Below are positions 17,501 to 25,643 of a stretch of 32,000 nt of DNA, in pieces. The translations under genes and the position numbers were made by a program. Location of the stretch: contig OW818675.1 in assembly GCA_942493095.1 (NCBI GenBank), forward strand, positions 1,950,001-1,982,000, written 5' to 3'. This DNA is from Candidatus Electronema halotolerans. Lineage in GTDB: Bacteria; Desulfobacterota; Desulfobulbia; Desulfobulbales; Desulfobulbaceae. How positions within the stretch are numbered: position 1 is the first letter of the stretch; the number at the start of each line of letters is the position of its first letter. Below the pieces are notes generated by a model. It was not told the origin of the DNA and made no database searches. It saw only the letters and a list, made by a program, of their open reading frames with translations.

Positions 17501-20500
17501 AATGACGGTCTTTACACCAGCTCTTATTTGGACAACATGACATGGCTGGGGCAGAACGTCCAGCCGCTGTACAAAAACCGCTGCGTTGACGATGCGGCCA
17601 AAGAGACTAAGACCGAAAAACAGGCTATTTTCACACACGTGGTCACCACCGGTACGCTGCTGAATGATGGAGCCGGCGAATGCAACCCGGAAACCCTGAT
17701 GGAGCAGGCCGCAATAAACGGCGGCACTAACGATTATTATCCGGGCGAGAATCCGCAGCAGCTGGAGGACAATCTCTACGCTGTCTTTGATGACATCCTC
17801 AGCCGCTCTTCGGCTGGTTCAGCGGCATCGGTCATCTCCAGCTCCAGAAGTGGTGCCGGCGCAGTCTATCAGGCGGTGTTCTGGCCCAAATTTGATGACG
17901 GAGACCCGGACGGAGACGGCACAAGCAACAAAGTGAGCTGGGTCGGTGATGTTCATTCCCTCTTTGTCAGCTCCAAGGGCCTGATGTATGATGACTGGAA
18001 TCAAAACGGCAAGCTGGATGAGGGCAGCGGTGACAACCGGATTCTCTTCTATTTCAGCAATGCGGCCAACAAAACCAGAGGCTGCTATGACGCGGATGCG
18101 GTTGTCGCCACTGGCCAATGTTCTGAACCAGAGGCGAATGGAGACGACCTCGTTCCTGAATGTTCTGCCAAGAATGGCTGCGGGCCTGATCAAGACTGCA
18201 AATGCGTCGAGCTGCAGGACATCAAATACCTGTGGTCGGCAAACAAGAATCTCGCGGACAGGGATGTTGCCAAGGACCGCAAGCTGTTCACATGGAATGA
18301 CTTTAACAATAACGGCATGGTTGATACGGATGAATGGTTCCAGCTCAATGACTCTGTTGACTGGACCGCGTTGGACAATGAGGCTGCCAAAGCCAATCCT
18401 CCCCGTGGGCCAGTGAGCAATGATTTCCTCAAAGAGGACGATATTGAGGATTTTGTCGCCTACGATGCTAGCAGCGACATGAAGAGCAACGCTCTCAAAA
18501 CCTTGACGCTCTGGCTGCAAGGGGTTGATGTGCTGCCTGATCCGACGACCGGGGATGTGACAGTGACTGACACGGACAACAACACGTGGAATGCCAAAGA
18601 GCTGCGGTCAAGAAAGTTCACCTTCCAGACCACAGCGACGGTTGGCGGCACAGAAGTTTCAGGGTATGCCGACAAAACATGGCGGCTGGGCGACATCATC
18701 CATTCCACACCGATGGTTGTGGCCAAGCCTGCTGAACTCTATCATTACATCTACCGTGATCCGACCTACAACAGCTTTGCAACGAAATGGAACGACCGCC
18801 GCAACATGATTTATTTCGGCGGCAATGACGGCATGCTTCATGCGGTGAACGGCGGCTTCTTTTACAACAATCAGTTCTGCTGCACTCCGTTTGACAGCGA
18901 CGGCACTTGCCCGTCTGAGCCGGAAAACGGCGTTTGCGATGGTCATCCTGATCTTGGCGAAGAACTGTGGGCCTACATTCCCTACAATCTTCAGCCTCAT
19001 CTGAAATGTCTGGCTGACAAGTTCTATGCCCACAAGTCCTATGTTGATCTGAAGCCGCGCATTTTTGATGTGCAGATATTTAAAGAAGATGCGACGCATC
19101 CCGGCGGCTGGGGCACCATACTGGTCGGCGGCATGTACTTTGGTGGTACCCCGGTGGCAGCTGTGGATTTGAATGACACCGCGAATGACAACCGGAAATT
19201 CATCTCCGCCTACTTTGTCCTTGACATCACTGATCCTGGAAGTGATCCTGTGCTGCTCGGTGAGATGACGCAGACTCTCAAGAAGGACAGCGACGGAAAC
19301 CTGATCCAAGACGGCAGCGGAAACTACGTGGATGAATATGCGGACATGCAGTACACCGCCTCCTCGCCGTCCATGATCATCATGCGTAAGGGCGGAGCGA
19401 ATGATGTCAAATCACAATGGTATCTGACGCTTGGCAGCGGTCCGGCAGATATGGACGGGGCCAACAACAGCGGCGCGCAGGGCAAGCTGGCGGTCATCCC
19501 GCTCGACTGGATGGAAGGCGGAGTGACAAGCTGGACCAAAGGTGTGCCGACCAATGTCAGCGATGTCTCTAAAAAACCGTTCCGCATTCCTAATGAAAAA
19601 CCTAAGGCCGGTTCCCAAGGCGGCACCTTCCCTGTTCCTTGGCCAAACAACGACAGCACCAGCGCCAGCTCCATCTCTGATATTATCTCTATCGATTACA
19701 ATATCGATCTGTCCTCAGCAGGCGACGACCTCGGTGCGCGGTACTGCACAGATGCCATCTATTTCGGCACTGTGGATGGCACTGACTTTGAGAAATATCC
19801 GTCCAGCTATCTTGACGGCGCAGCAGACCAGTTCTACTGGAACGGAGGCGGCAGAGTCTTCCGGTTAGTCACCAAGATAATGACCAGCAAGGAGGACACC
19901 AACAACAACAACCAGTTGGATGAGGGCGAAGACACCAATAACAACGGTGTCTTGGATACCTATGTTGAAGCCGCATCGCTCCCGTCAGAGTGGGCGGGCA
20001 AATGGGATGACGGAAATCCGCTGCGGCTGCTGGCTGATGTTGGAATGCCGGTTGTCGGCGCGCAGTCTGTCGGCTACGACAACTGGAATTACTGGGTCTA
20101 TGCGGGCACAGGGCGCTTCTTTGGCGAGAAGGACAAGACGGATGACGGCTGGTGTCTCAGTGCTGACTGCTCGGACAAAGGGGACAGAAGCAAAGCTGCC
20201 ATCTTTGGCCTCAAAGAGCCGCTGATGGATAAAATATCCGGCTTTGATAACTGGACTGCCGCTCACACACCGTTAAGCTCGTCCTTCACCTGTGCGGACA
20301 GGGTGATGACATGGGCAACAATCAATTGGGATATCAACGTTGACAGCAACGATGAACTGCCCAAAAATGTCTCTTCCTCTGATCCTCCAGCTCCTTCAAA
20401 CAACAAAGCCGGGGAGCGCGGTCTGATGCGGACAGACAATATTCTCGTGGATAACACGGGGGCTTTGTACTGTTATTACTGCGCGACAGACCTCGCCGAC

Positions 20501-21145
20501 CCATCTCTGTACCAATGCGGCAAAACAGATGGATTGACTGGCGCGACTCTGGATGATGGAGATTGCTTTCCTGGCGGCACAAACGGGCTGATCTGGGATG
20601 CGACTAACGGGCGTTACGCCTTTGACAATCTCCAAAGGTACATTGCCGGAGAGGCTTTCAATCCAACAGGAAATGGGCAAGGGTGCATTGAGAATACCGG
20701 AACTGGCTTGGACGGCTGGTATCACGCCTTCCATGATCCCCGCGAACGGAATCTCGGTGCTTCGGCCCTGCTGGGCGGTCTGCTGACCTTCACCACCTAT
20801 CAGCCTTATAACGACAAGTGCCAAGCTGAGGGCCAGAGCTATCTGTACGGCATTCACTTCCAGACCGGCACAGCTTGGACAGAGACGGTCTTCGGCACCT
20901 TTGACGAGAATTTGAGCAACGGAAGTGACAGCGCCAGCAAGAAAACTGTTGTTAAAGACAAGCTGAGTCTGGGCCGGGGTCTGTCCACCACCCCCAGCAT
21001 GCATGTCGGCAGCGACAGCGACAATGATGCCAAGGCCTTCATTCAGACCAGCACCGGGGAGATCATTGAGGTCGAGCAGAAAAACCTGCCTATCACAGCC
21101 GGAAGAAGCGGCAGGCAGAACTGGAATGACCGCCTGAGCAAATAA
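14597..21145 (+). CDS. pilY1: giant PilY1-like pilus tip adhesin (signal peptide, expanded vWA region, C-terminal PilY1/PilC beta-propeller)
   Basis: 2182 aa. AGGAGGG RBS. Signal peptide MKKICCAALFGLTGAVLLPAAGLAA. vWA MIDAS elements are VLDNSGSM (aa 49-56), TPLAEAMYEAIGYY and ILVITEGESTAD. PilY1 propeller hallmarks from about aa 1362 are WRLGDIIHSTPMVV, IYFGGNDGMLHAVNG, ELWAYIP, YFVLDITDP, AIYFGT, WVYAGTGRF, and GWYHAF...ERNLGASALLGGLLTFTTYQP...C..EGQSYLYGI. Confidence 0.9.
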   Translation: MKKICCAALFGLTGAVLLPAAGLAANVCGQGVGIPPFLSSGAKPNLLMVLDNSGSMLDAAYTDTTYCSDGSTCNTNTGKCTDGSECGAFCFDDTYDKDTTYAGYFQNDQWYVWTEGTYKPWVNGKTDYKKGDRVYVQGVIWEANNDGTSSGTSPDDDANVIWSKVFSIPKWKNGATYSKDDIVWSGPQLYKALNAGTSTDSNPVDGTNLEGSNTTNVTWEAVDSTWLNGKEYGAGDIVAYRGVLYETAAGGTSNGTSVYDDTGVIWNSLDEGSFVAVSMSGAQTACSTAPGATNKYTNGELCISLNTTPEPDQVAAFAARGNLLNWAAASKFDVEKKILTGGKYNYKEQFLVSEHRGCSGSRLIKQIQIAGAGTADTADDKFLSLGVRSSRYSDAPLYEDRIDSTDDTGRLEVLAITNKGYQMSDKCQYAIDKIAKNDGDLNGTQNAIDQCITSFPSSNSKLTDMRPALNHSLQACWQDDPTTDVFEINNGKFKSLVDACWALYTGEGNGQLSTDGRKYDPAELRPADGGPYICYGLYDSGVDAENRTGYIGRVWNTLGEGSSMTCNPWKPSDVPYTCPGSATTCYWEYNADNQPVAVAITKDGEPAYKNDGNMVYKCTSWLKGECKDNGLEQVYKRSDGAFYYDDSTCGISEGSTTGSDWENPDWADSPADPTNNGIVQAIKDYCDALRIPEVIDPSDAAGKTSSTGGMPGLLRDSELMAFLGGGEPLATMKSYIYQAKRPEGVVHRVAGDLRLGVMSFRYVGAKTECDLAETDSKIEKYCPLNNMDGALLRTPLEVGDYVTDSDDSSYESGKRRHVDDLAEAINTTRGTSWTPLAEAMYEAIGYYTQNINFCLNKDASTGECMDFPTADNPAYFPTVTKSDPIQYWCQDNHILVITEGESTADINEQVKKLSGQVKEDDPHILSKNCPGTCTTHGQESGCLSGPLDKLKSGDGDDPDGDGADNTVCNDGLYTSSYLDNMTWLGQNVQPLYKNRCVDDAAKETKTEKQAIFTHVVTTGTLLNDGAGECNPETLMEQAAINGGTNDYYPGENPQQLEDNLYAVFDDILSRSSAGSAASVISSSRSGAGAVYQAVFWPKFDDGDPDGDGTSNKVSWVGDVHSLFVSSKGLMYDDWNQNGKLDEGSGDNRILFYFSNAANKTRGCYDADAVVATGQCSEPEANGDDLVPECSAKNGCGPDQDCKCVELQDIKYLWSANKNLADRDVAKDRKLFTWNDFNNNGMVDTDEWFQLNDSVDWTALDNEAAKANPPRGPVSNDFLKEDDIEDFVAYDASSDMKSNALKTLTLWLQGVDVLPDPTTGDVTVTDTDNNTWNAKELRSRKFTFQTTATVGGTEVSGYADKTWRLGDIIHSTPMVVAKPAELYHYIYRDPTYNSFATKWNDRRNMIYFGGNDGMLHAVNGGFFYNNQFCCTPFDSDGTCPSEPENGVCDGHPDLGEELWAYIPYNLQPHLKCLADKFYAHKSYVDLKPRIFDVQIFKEDATHPGGWGTILVGGMYFGGTPVAAVDLNDTANDNRKFISAYFVLDITDPGSDPVLLGEMTQTLKKDSDGNLIQDGSGNYVDEYADMQYTASSPSMIIMRKGGANDVKSQWYLTLGSGPADMDGANNSGAQGKLAVIPLDWMEGGVTSWTKGVPTNVSDVSKKPFRIPNEKPKAGSQGGTFPVPWPNNDSTSASSISDIISIDYNIDLSSAGDDLGARYCTDAIYFGTVDGTDFEKYPSSYLDGAADQFYWNGGGRVFRLVTKIMTSKEDTNNNNQLDEGEDTNNNGVLDTYVEAASLPSEWAGKWDDGNPLRLLADVGMPVVGAQSVGYDNWNYWVYAGTGRFFGEKDKTDDGWCLSADCSDKGDRSKAAIFGLKEPLMDKISGFDNWTAAHTPLSSSFTCADRVMTWATINWDINVDSNDELPKNVSSSDPPAPSNNKAGERGLMRTDNILVDNTGALYCYYCATDLADPSLYQCGKTDGLTGATLDDGDCFPGGTNGLIWDATNGRYAFDNLQRYIAGEAFNPTGNGQGCIENTGTGLDGWYHAFHDPRERNLGASALLGGLLTFTTYQPYNDKCQAEGQSYLYGIHFQTGTAWTETVFGTFDENLSNGSDSASKKTVVKDKLSLGRGLSTTPSMHVGSDSDNDAKAFIQTSTGEIIEVEQKNLPITAGRSGRQNWNDRLSK

Positions 21146-21168
21146 TCAACCTTCACCTTGATGCTTGC

Positions 21169-21203
21169 AAGAGCTTTCGGCCTGTGCCGGAAGCTCTTTT
21201 TTT
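21169..21203 (+). terminator. rho-independent terminator after pilY1
   Basis: A 12-bp stem with one G.U pair, aagagctttcgg (21169-21180) / ccggaagctctt (21187-21198), and a 6-nt loop. It runs into T7 (21197-21203). Located in the 76-nt gap between convergent pilY1 and zwf. Confidence 0.8.
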
Positions 21204-21221
21204 ATCCGGCAGGCAGGCGGA

Positions 21222-22679
21222 CTACTCCTCCCACTCGCGTTCATCCCGCGCCAGCAAAGCCACTGAAGCCACCGGCCCCCAGCTTCCTGCGGGGTAGGGT
21301 TTGAGCGGCTCGCTGGTTCTGGCCCACGCCTCTTGAATGGAGTCGATCCATTGCCACGAGCGTTCCACCTCGTCGCGGCAGATGAACAGGGCCTGCTTGC
21401 CTTGCATGACCTCCAGAATGAGCCGCTCATAAGCGCCAGCAATGCGTTCCTTGCTGAAGGCTTCGGAAAAACTCAGGTCCAGCATGGACCGCTGAAGGCG
21501 GAGGCCGTCGCTCAGGCCCGGCACCTTATTGAGCATCTCAATCTCCACGCCCTCGTCTGGCTGGAGGCGGATGATCAGCTTGTTGGCTGGCAGCTTGCGG
21601 CTGTTGCCGGTGAAGATGTTGTGCGGCAGGGGCTTGTAGTTGATCACCACCTCGGAGCGTTTGCAGGCCATCGCCTTGCCCGTGCGCAGATAGAACGGCA
21701 CTCCGGCCCAGCGCCAGTTGTCAATATCCACCCGGATGGCGACAAAGGTTTCGGTGCTGGAGGCAGGATGACCGCCCTGCTCTTCCAAGTAGCCGGGCAC
21801 AGCCTTGCCCTTGATAAAGCCTGGCCCGTACTGGCCGCGCACCACCCGCTTGTCCACATTCTTGGCCGTGATGGGCCGCAATGCCTTGAGCACCTTGAGT
21901 TTCTCGTTGCGCAGGCTGTCGTCGTTCAGATTGACCGGCGGCTCCATCGCCACGAGGGTCAGTATCTGCATCAGGTGATTCTGCACCATGTCACGGAGCT
22001 GGCCTGCCTGATCAAAATAGCCCCAGCGGCTGCCAATGGCCACTTCCTCGGCCACGGTGATCTGGACATGGTCAATGGTGTTGTGATCCCAGTTGGTGGT
22101 GAAGATCGAGTTGGCAAAGCGCAGGGCGAGCAGATTCATGACCGTTTCTTTGCCCAAGTAGTGGTCAATGCGATAGACCTGCTGCTCGCTGAAGACCGTG
22201 GCCACGAGGTCGTTGATCTCTTGCGAGGTGGCCAAGTTGCGGCCAATAGGCTTCTCCAGCACCACTCTGGTTGTTGGAGTCACCAGACCAGCCTGCGCCA
22301 GGCCGGTGCATATCGGGCCAAACAGGGACGGCGCCACTGAGAAGTAGCTGACAAAGACCCGCTCTTGGGGATTGACCACCTCCAGCAGGCGGATGTATTC
22401 CTCCGGCATGTCAAGGTTGATCAGGACATAGCGCATCCGGGCCAGCAGCCGTTCGACAGTCTCGCTCTCCAGCGGCTCACTGACAAAGCTCTGGAGCTTG
22501 CCGCGCACCTCCTCCAGAAAGGCCTCTTGGCTGAGGTCATGGCGGGCTGCGCCGATGATGCGGGTCTCCGGGTGGAGCAGGCCCGCCTTTTCGAGCTGGT
22601 AAAGAGATGGGAGGAGATTGCGCTGGGACAGATCGCCCAGCACGCCGAAGATGGTGAAGTCGCAGGCTTGTTTTTCCAT
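21222..22679 (-). CDS. zwf: glucose-6-phosphate 1-dehydrogenase
   Basis: From the internal Met the protein reads MEKQACDFTIFGVLGDLSQRNLLPSLYQL (NADP-binding GxxGDLx(R/K)), then EKPIGRNL and the active-site motif RIDHYLGKE. The track ORF (to 22979) has a 100-codon extension that overlaps ispDF and looks like noise. Confidence 0.92.
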   Translation of the reverse strand: MEKQACDFTIFGVLGDLSQRNLLPSLYQLEKAGLLHPETRIIGAARHDLSQEAFLEEVRGKLQSFVSEPLESETVERLLARMRYVLINLDMPEEYIRLLEVVNPQERVFVSYFSVAPSLFGPICTGLAQAGLVTPTTRVVLEKPIGRNLATSQEINDLVATVFSEQQVYRIDHYLGKETVMNLLALRFANSIFTTNWDHNTIDHVQITVAEEVAIGSRWGYFDQAGQLRDMVQNHLMQILTLVAMEPPVNLNDDSLRNEKLKVLKALRPITAKNVDKRVVRGQYGPGFIKGKAVPGYLEEQGGHPASSTETFVAIRVDIDNWRWAGVPFYLRTGKAMACKRSEVVINYKPLPHNIFTGNSRKLPANKLIIRLQPDEGVEIEMLNKVPGLSDGLRLQRSMLDLSFSEAFSKERIAGAYERLILEVMQGKQALFICRDEVERSWQWIDSIQEAWARTSEPLKPYPAGSWGPVASVALLARDEREWEE

Positions 22680-22701
22680 AACTGGTTGGTCAGAGTCGTG
22701 T

Positions 22702-23919
22702 TCAGCCGCTGGCGCGCAGCAGCACAATGGCGTGGGCGCTGATGCCTTCGCCCCGACCAGTATAGCCCATTCTCTCCGTGGTTGTCGCCTTGATATTGAG
22801 CTGCTCCGCTGCGCAGACGGTGCTGAGATTGCTCTGCATGGCCGGAATATGCGGGGCCAGCTTGGGCTGCTGGCAGATGACGGTGATGTCGGCATTGATG
22901 ATGCGCATCTGGCGCGCCCTGACCAAGTCCATGACCCGCGCCAGCAGGATAAGGCTGTCCGCGCCCCGGTACTGCTCATCTGTGTCCGGGAAATGACGGC
23001 CTATGTCTCCCTCGCCCAGTGCGCCAAGGATGGCATCCATCAGGGCATGAACCAAGACATCCGCATCTGAATGCCCTTGCAGGCCAAGATGATAGGGAAT
23101 GTCCACCCCGCCGAGAATCAGCTTGCGTCCAGCAACCAAGCGGTGCGCGTCAAAGCCTTGGCCAATGCGCATGATGCGCTCCTTTTCTTGCAGCAGCCCG
23201 GCAGCGATGCGCAGATCATCGGGCCGGGTAATCTTGATGTTTTCCTCACTGCCCATGACCACAGCCACCGGAATGCCCGCATGTTCAAGCAGAGATGCCT
23301 CGTCCGTGCCGAGAAAGCCGTCCACCTCAACCTGCTTGCATGCCTGCTCCAGCAGCTCCCGCCTCATGCCCTGCGGAGTCTGGGCCTGCCAGAGCGAACT
23401 GCGGTCAACAGTGCGAGTTATGCAATTATTCGCAACTTCCTTCAGGGTGTCTTTGACCGGCACCGCCGCAATCACGGCCCCGTGCTCTTCCATGCCAGAT
23501 AAACAGCGGTCAATGACTGCAGCACTGACCAAGGGCCGGGCTGCGTCATGCACTAAAATGCGCGCAACTGCAGCGGGCAAAGCCTGCAAGCCATTGCGCA
23601 CTGAGGCTTGGCGCGTCTCGCCGCCTGCGGTAAAAAGGAGCTTGCTCCGCTGGGCTGGGCTGAGATAAGGACGGAGCAGGTCTGCCCCAAACTGAAGCTG
23701 ATCCGGCGGCAGGACAGCGACAACTGCGCTGACCGCAGGATGATCAAGAAAGACCAGCAGGGTTCGGGCCAGCACCGGCATTCCGGCCAGCTCCAGAAAC
23801 TGCTTGGGCTGGTCTGTGTGCATGCGGCGGCCAAAACCGGCAGCAGGGATGATGATGCCGAGAATGCCGGGCTGAGATGGAATATTGCAAAACCAGCGAA
23901 GTTCCTTGCCTGTGGCCAT
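22702..23919 (-). CDS. ispDF: bifunctional 2-C-methyl-D-erythritol 4-phosphate cytidylyltransferase / MEcPP synthase
   Basis: N-terminal IspD motif IIPAAGFGRRM...KQFLEL. C-terminal IspF motifs RIGQGFDAHRL, GHSDADVLVHALMDAILGA and ITVICQQPKL. Confidence 0.93.
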   Translation of the reverse strand: MATGKELRWFCNIPSQPGILGIIIPAAGFGRRMHTDQPKQFLELAGMPVLARTLLVFLDHPAVSAVVAVLPPDQLQFGADLLRPYLSPAQRSKLLFTAGGETRQASVRNGLQALPAAVARILVHDAARPLVSAAVIDRCLSGMEEHGAVIAAVPVKDTLKEVANNCITRTVDRSSLWQAQTPQGMRRELLEQACKQVEVDGFLGTDEASLLEHAGIPVAVVMGSEENIKITRPDDLRIAAGLLQEKERIMRIGQGFDAHRLVAGRKLILGGVDIPYHLGLQGHSDADVLVHALMDAILGALGEGDIGRHFPDTDEQYRGADSLILLARVMDLVRARQMRIINADITVICQQPKLAPHIPAMQSNLSTVCAAEQLNIKATTTERMGYTGRGEGISAHAIVLLRASG

Positions 23920-25625
23920 CAGAAATCAAACCTCCAAATTCCCGCAGCAATATCCGCCATCCGCTTCTGCCGGGATTCAACCTTCTGCTCATCCCAGCTG
24001 TCGTAATGCTCGGCCACAGCCTGCGTCATCTTGAATGCGCTGCGCTGATACACGGCCCGCTTCGTTTGATAGTCCTTATTGCCAAGTTCCCGGTTGCGGC
24101 TGGTTTCAAGCGGAGTCATGTTGCCAAGCCGGTATTTCATCCGCTCCTGTTTCGCTTCCTCAATGACAGACCATGCCTCTGACGGATGCTCAGGAAGGAT
24201 GTGCTCAATGCTGTAGGTCGCGCTTTCAACGTCAAACTCCTGCTGATACTTCTGCCGTTCAATTTCAAAAAGAATATAGCGCACGATCTTCTTGTTCCGG
24301 CTGAACGAAGTTCGCAGTTCCTTTTCCGCAAAGGCTGTTTTGAACAGGCTGTCGTCAGGATAGACTGCTCCCAAGGCAGCAAGCAACGCTGCCGTGCTCG
24401 CATACTTTTTGTCGGAGACATTGCGGGCAATCTCGTTGTACAGCCGCTCTTGATCATGTGTCGGGAGATTGCAGATCACGTTGTAACGGAAAGATGCGAT
24501 TGTGACCGCCCGCATGATGCGGGTGAACACCGCCCGTTCCGCTTCATAATACCGCTCATAGCAGGCCATGAGCATGGCTAACGGCTGCCGCACTTTGAAC
24601 ATCATCAATTGCCGAAGATACTGCCGCTCATCAGCGCTCCAAGCAGCATCCTGCGGATCACGGAGAGCCGCATACACTGCGGCGGCCTGATCTAAATCCC
24701 GCAGCAACTGAAATGCTGTCTCCCGTGAGTTGATCTGTTTTCGGATAGTCTTGAACAGTTCAGACTTCCTGACCAATCTGTTGCGGCTGTTCCAAAAAAT
24801 CCGCAGAAACTCAGGAAAGCTCTCGCTGCCCAACAGGTCAACGATTCCCTCCCAGCGTTCTTCAAGCGAGGTCATCTCGACTTCATGCTCGGTCTCTCTG
24901 CTGATAATGGAAAACAGATAATTTTTCAGCAGATCAGTTGCCGACAGCCGCACTCCCCGCGCATTGAGCGTTTCAAAGACCGTGAAGGCGTTCAGCTCGT
25001 CAGTCACCGAGATGACCGTGAAAAAGAGCTTGTCCGCCAGCATCTCGACAAACTCGGCCAGCTTCCTGCCGCTCGCCTCTGTGGTTCCGCAGTGCTTTTT
25101 GATGCGCTCCTTGAACCAGATGAACGCCTTTCTCAGCTTATGCTCAGAGGCGTTCAAGCGCCGCTGGGGTATTTTTCCCAGCGGAACCAGATAGGTCTGA
25201 TAAAAGCGGTTGTTGTGCCGGTTCAACTCCAGCTTGGAATGCGACACCAAGCTCACCGGATCAAGATAACCGATGTAGCTGTTCCGCAATTGCTCCGCCC
25301 GTCTGCGGTTGTTGTCCGTATCTGCACCTGATGCAGACATATCCTCAAGCAGACTCAGGCTGGCCAGCACCAGCACGCTGAGAGTCGTCAGCCGCTGCTG
25401 GCCGTCAATGATGGCAAACCGTTTGCTGTCCGAGGACTGCAGCACCAGATATCCCATGTAATGGGCTGGCTCGCCGTCTTCCTCAAGGAGACCGAGCATG
25501 TCCAGCCAGAGGTCATCCCACTCCTCCTCTGTCCACGAGTAGTCGCGCTGAAAAGGCGGCACCCGGTAGCTGAGACCATTGCCCAGCAGCTGGCGGAAGG
25601 TGTTGTTGGCGGTGTTGAAATTCAT
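23919..25625 (-). CDS. DUF262 + DUF1524 protein (GmrSD-family, type IV restriction-like nuclease)
   Basis: 568 aa. N-terminal DUF262 signature YRVPPFQRDYSWTEEEW and DGQQRLTT. C-terminal His-Me/HNH-like DUF1524 signature IEHILPEHP...LGNMTPLETSRNRELGNKDY. Its stop shares one nucleotide with the ispDF ATG (TGATG). Confidence 0.8.
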   Translation of the reverse strand: MNFNTANNTFRQLLGNGLSYRVPPFQRDYSWTEEEWDDLWLDMLGLLEEDGEPAHYMGYLVLQSSDSKRFAIIDGQQRLTTLSVLVLASLSLLEDMSASGADTDNNRRRAEQLRNSYIGYLDPVSLVSHSKLELNRHNNRFYQTYLVPLGKIPQRRLNASEHKLRKAFIWFKERIKKHCGTTEASGRKLAEFVEMLADKLFFTVISVTDELNAFTVFETLNARGVRLSATDLLKNYLFSIISRETEHEVEMTSLEERWEGIVDLLGSESFPEFLRIFWNSRNRLVRKSELFKTIRKQINSRETAFQLLRDLDQAAAVYAALRDPQDAAWSADERQYLRQLMMFKVRQPLAMLMACYERYYEAERAVFTRIMRAVTIASFRYNVICNLPTHDQERLYNEIARNVSDKKYASTAALLAALGAVYPDDSLFKTAFAEKELRTSFSRNKKIVRYILFEIERQKYQQEFDVESATYSIEHILPEHPSEAWSVIEEAKQERMKYRLGNMTPLETSRNRELGNKDYQTKRAVYQRSAFKMTQAVAEHYDSWDEQKVESRQKRMADIAAGIWRFDF

Positions 25626-25643
25626 GTCGCTCGTCTCGCATAA

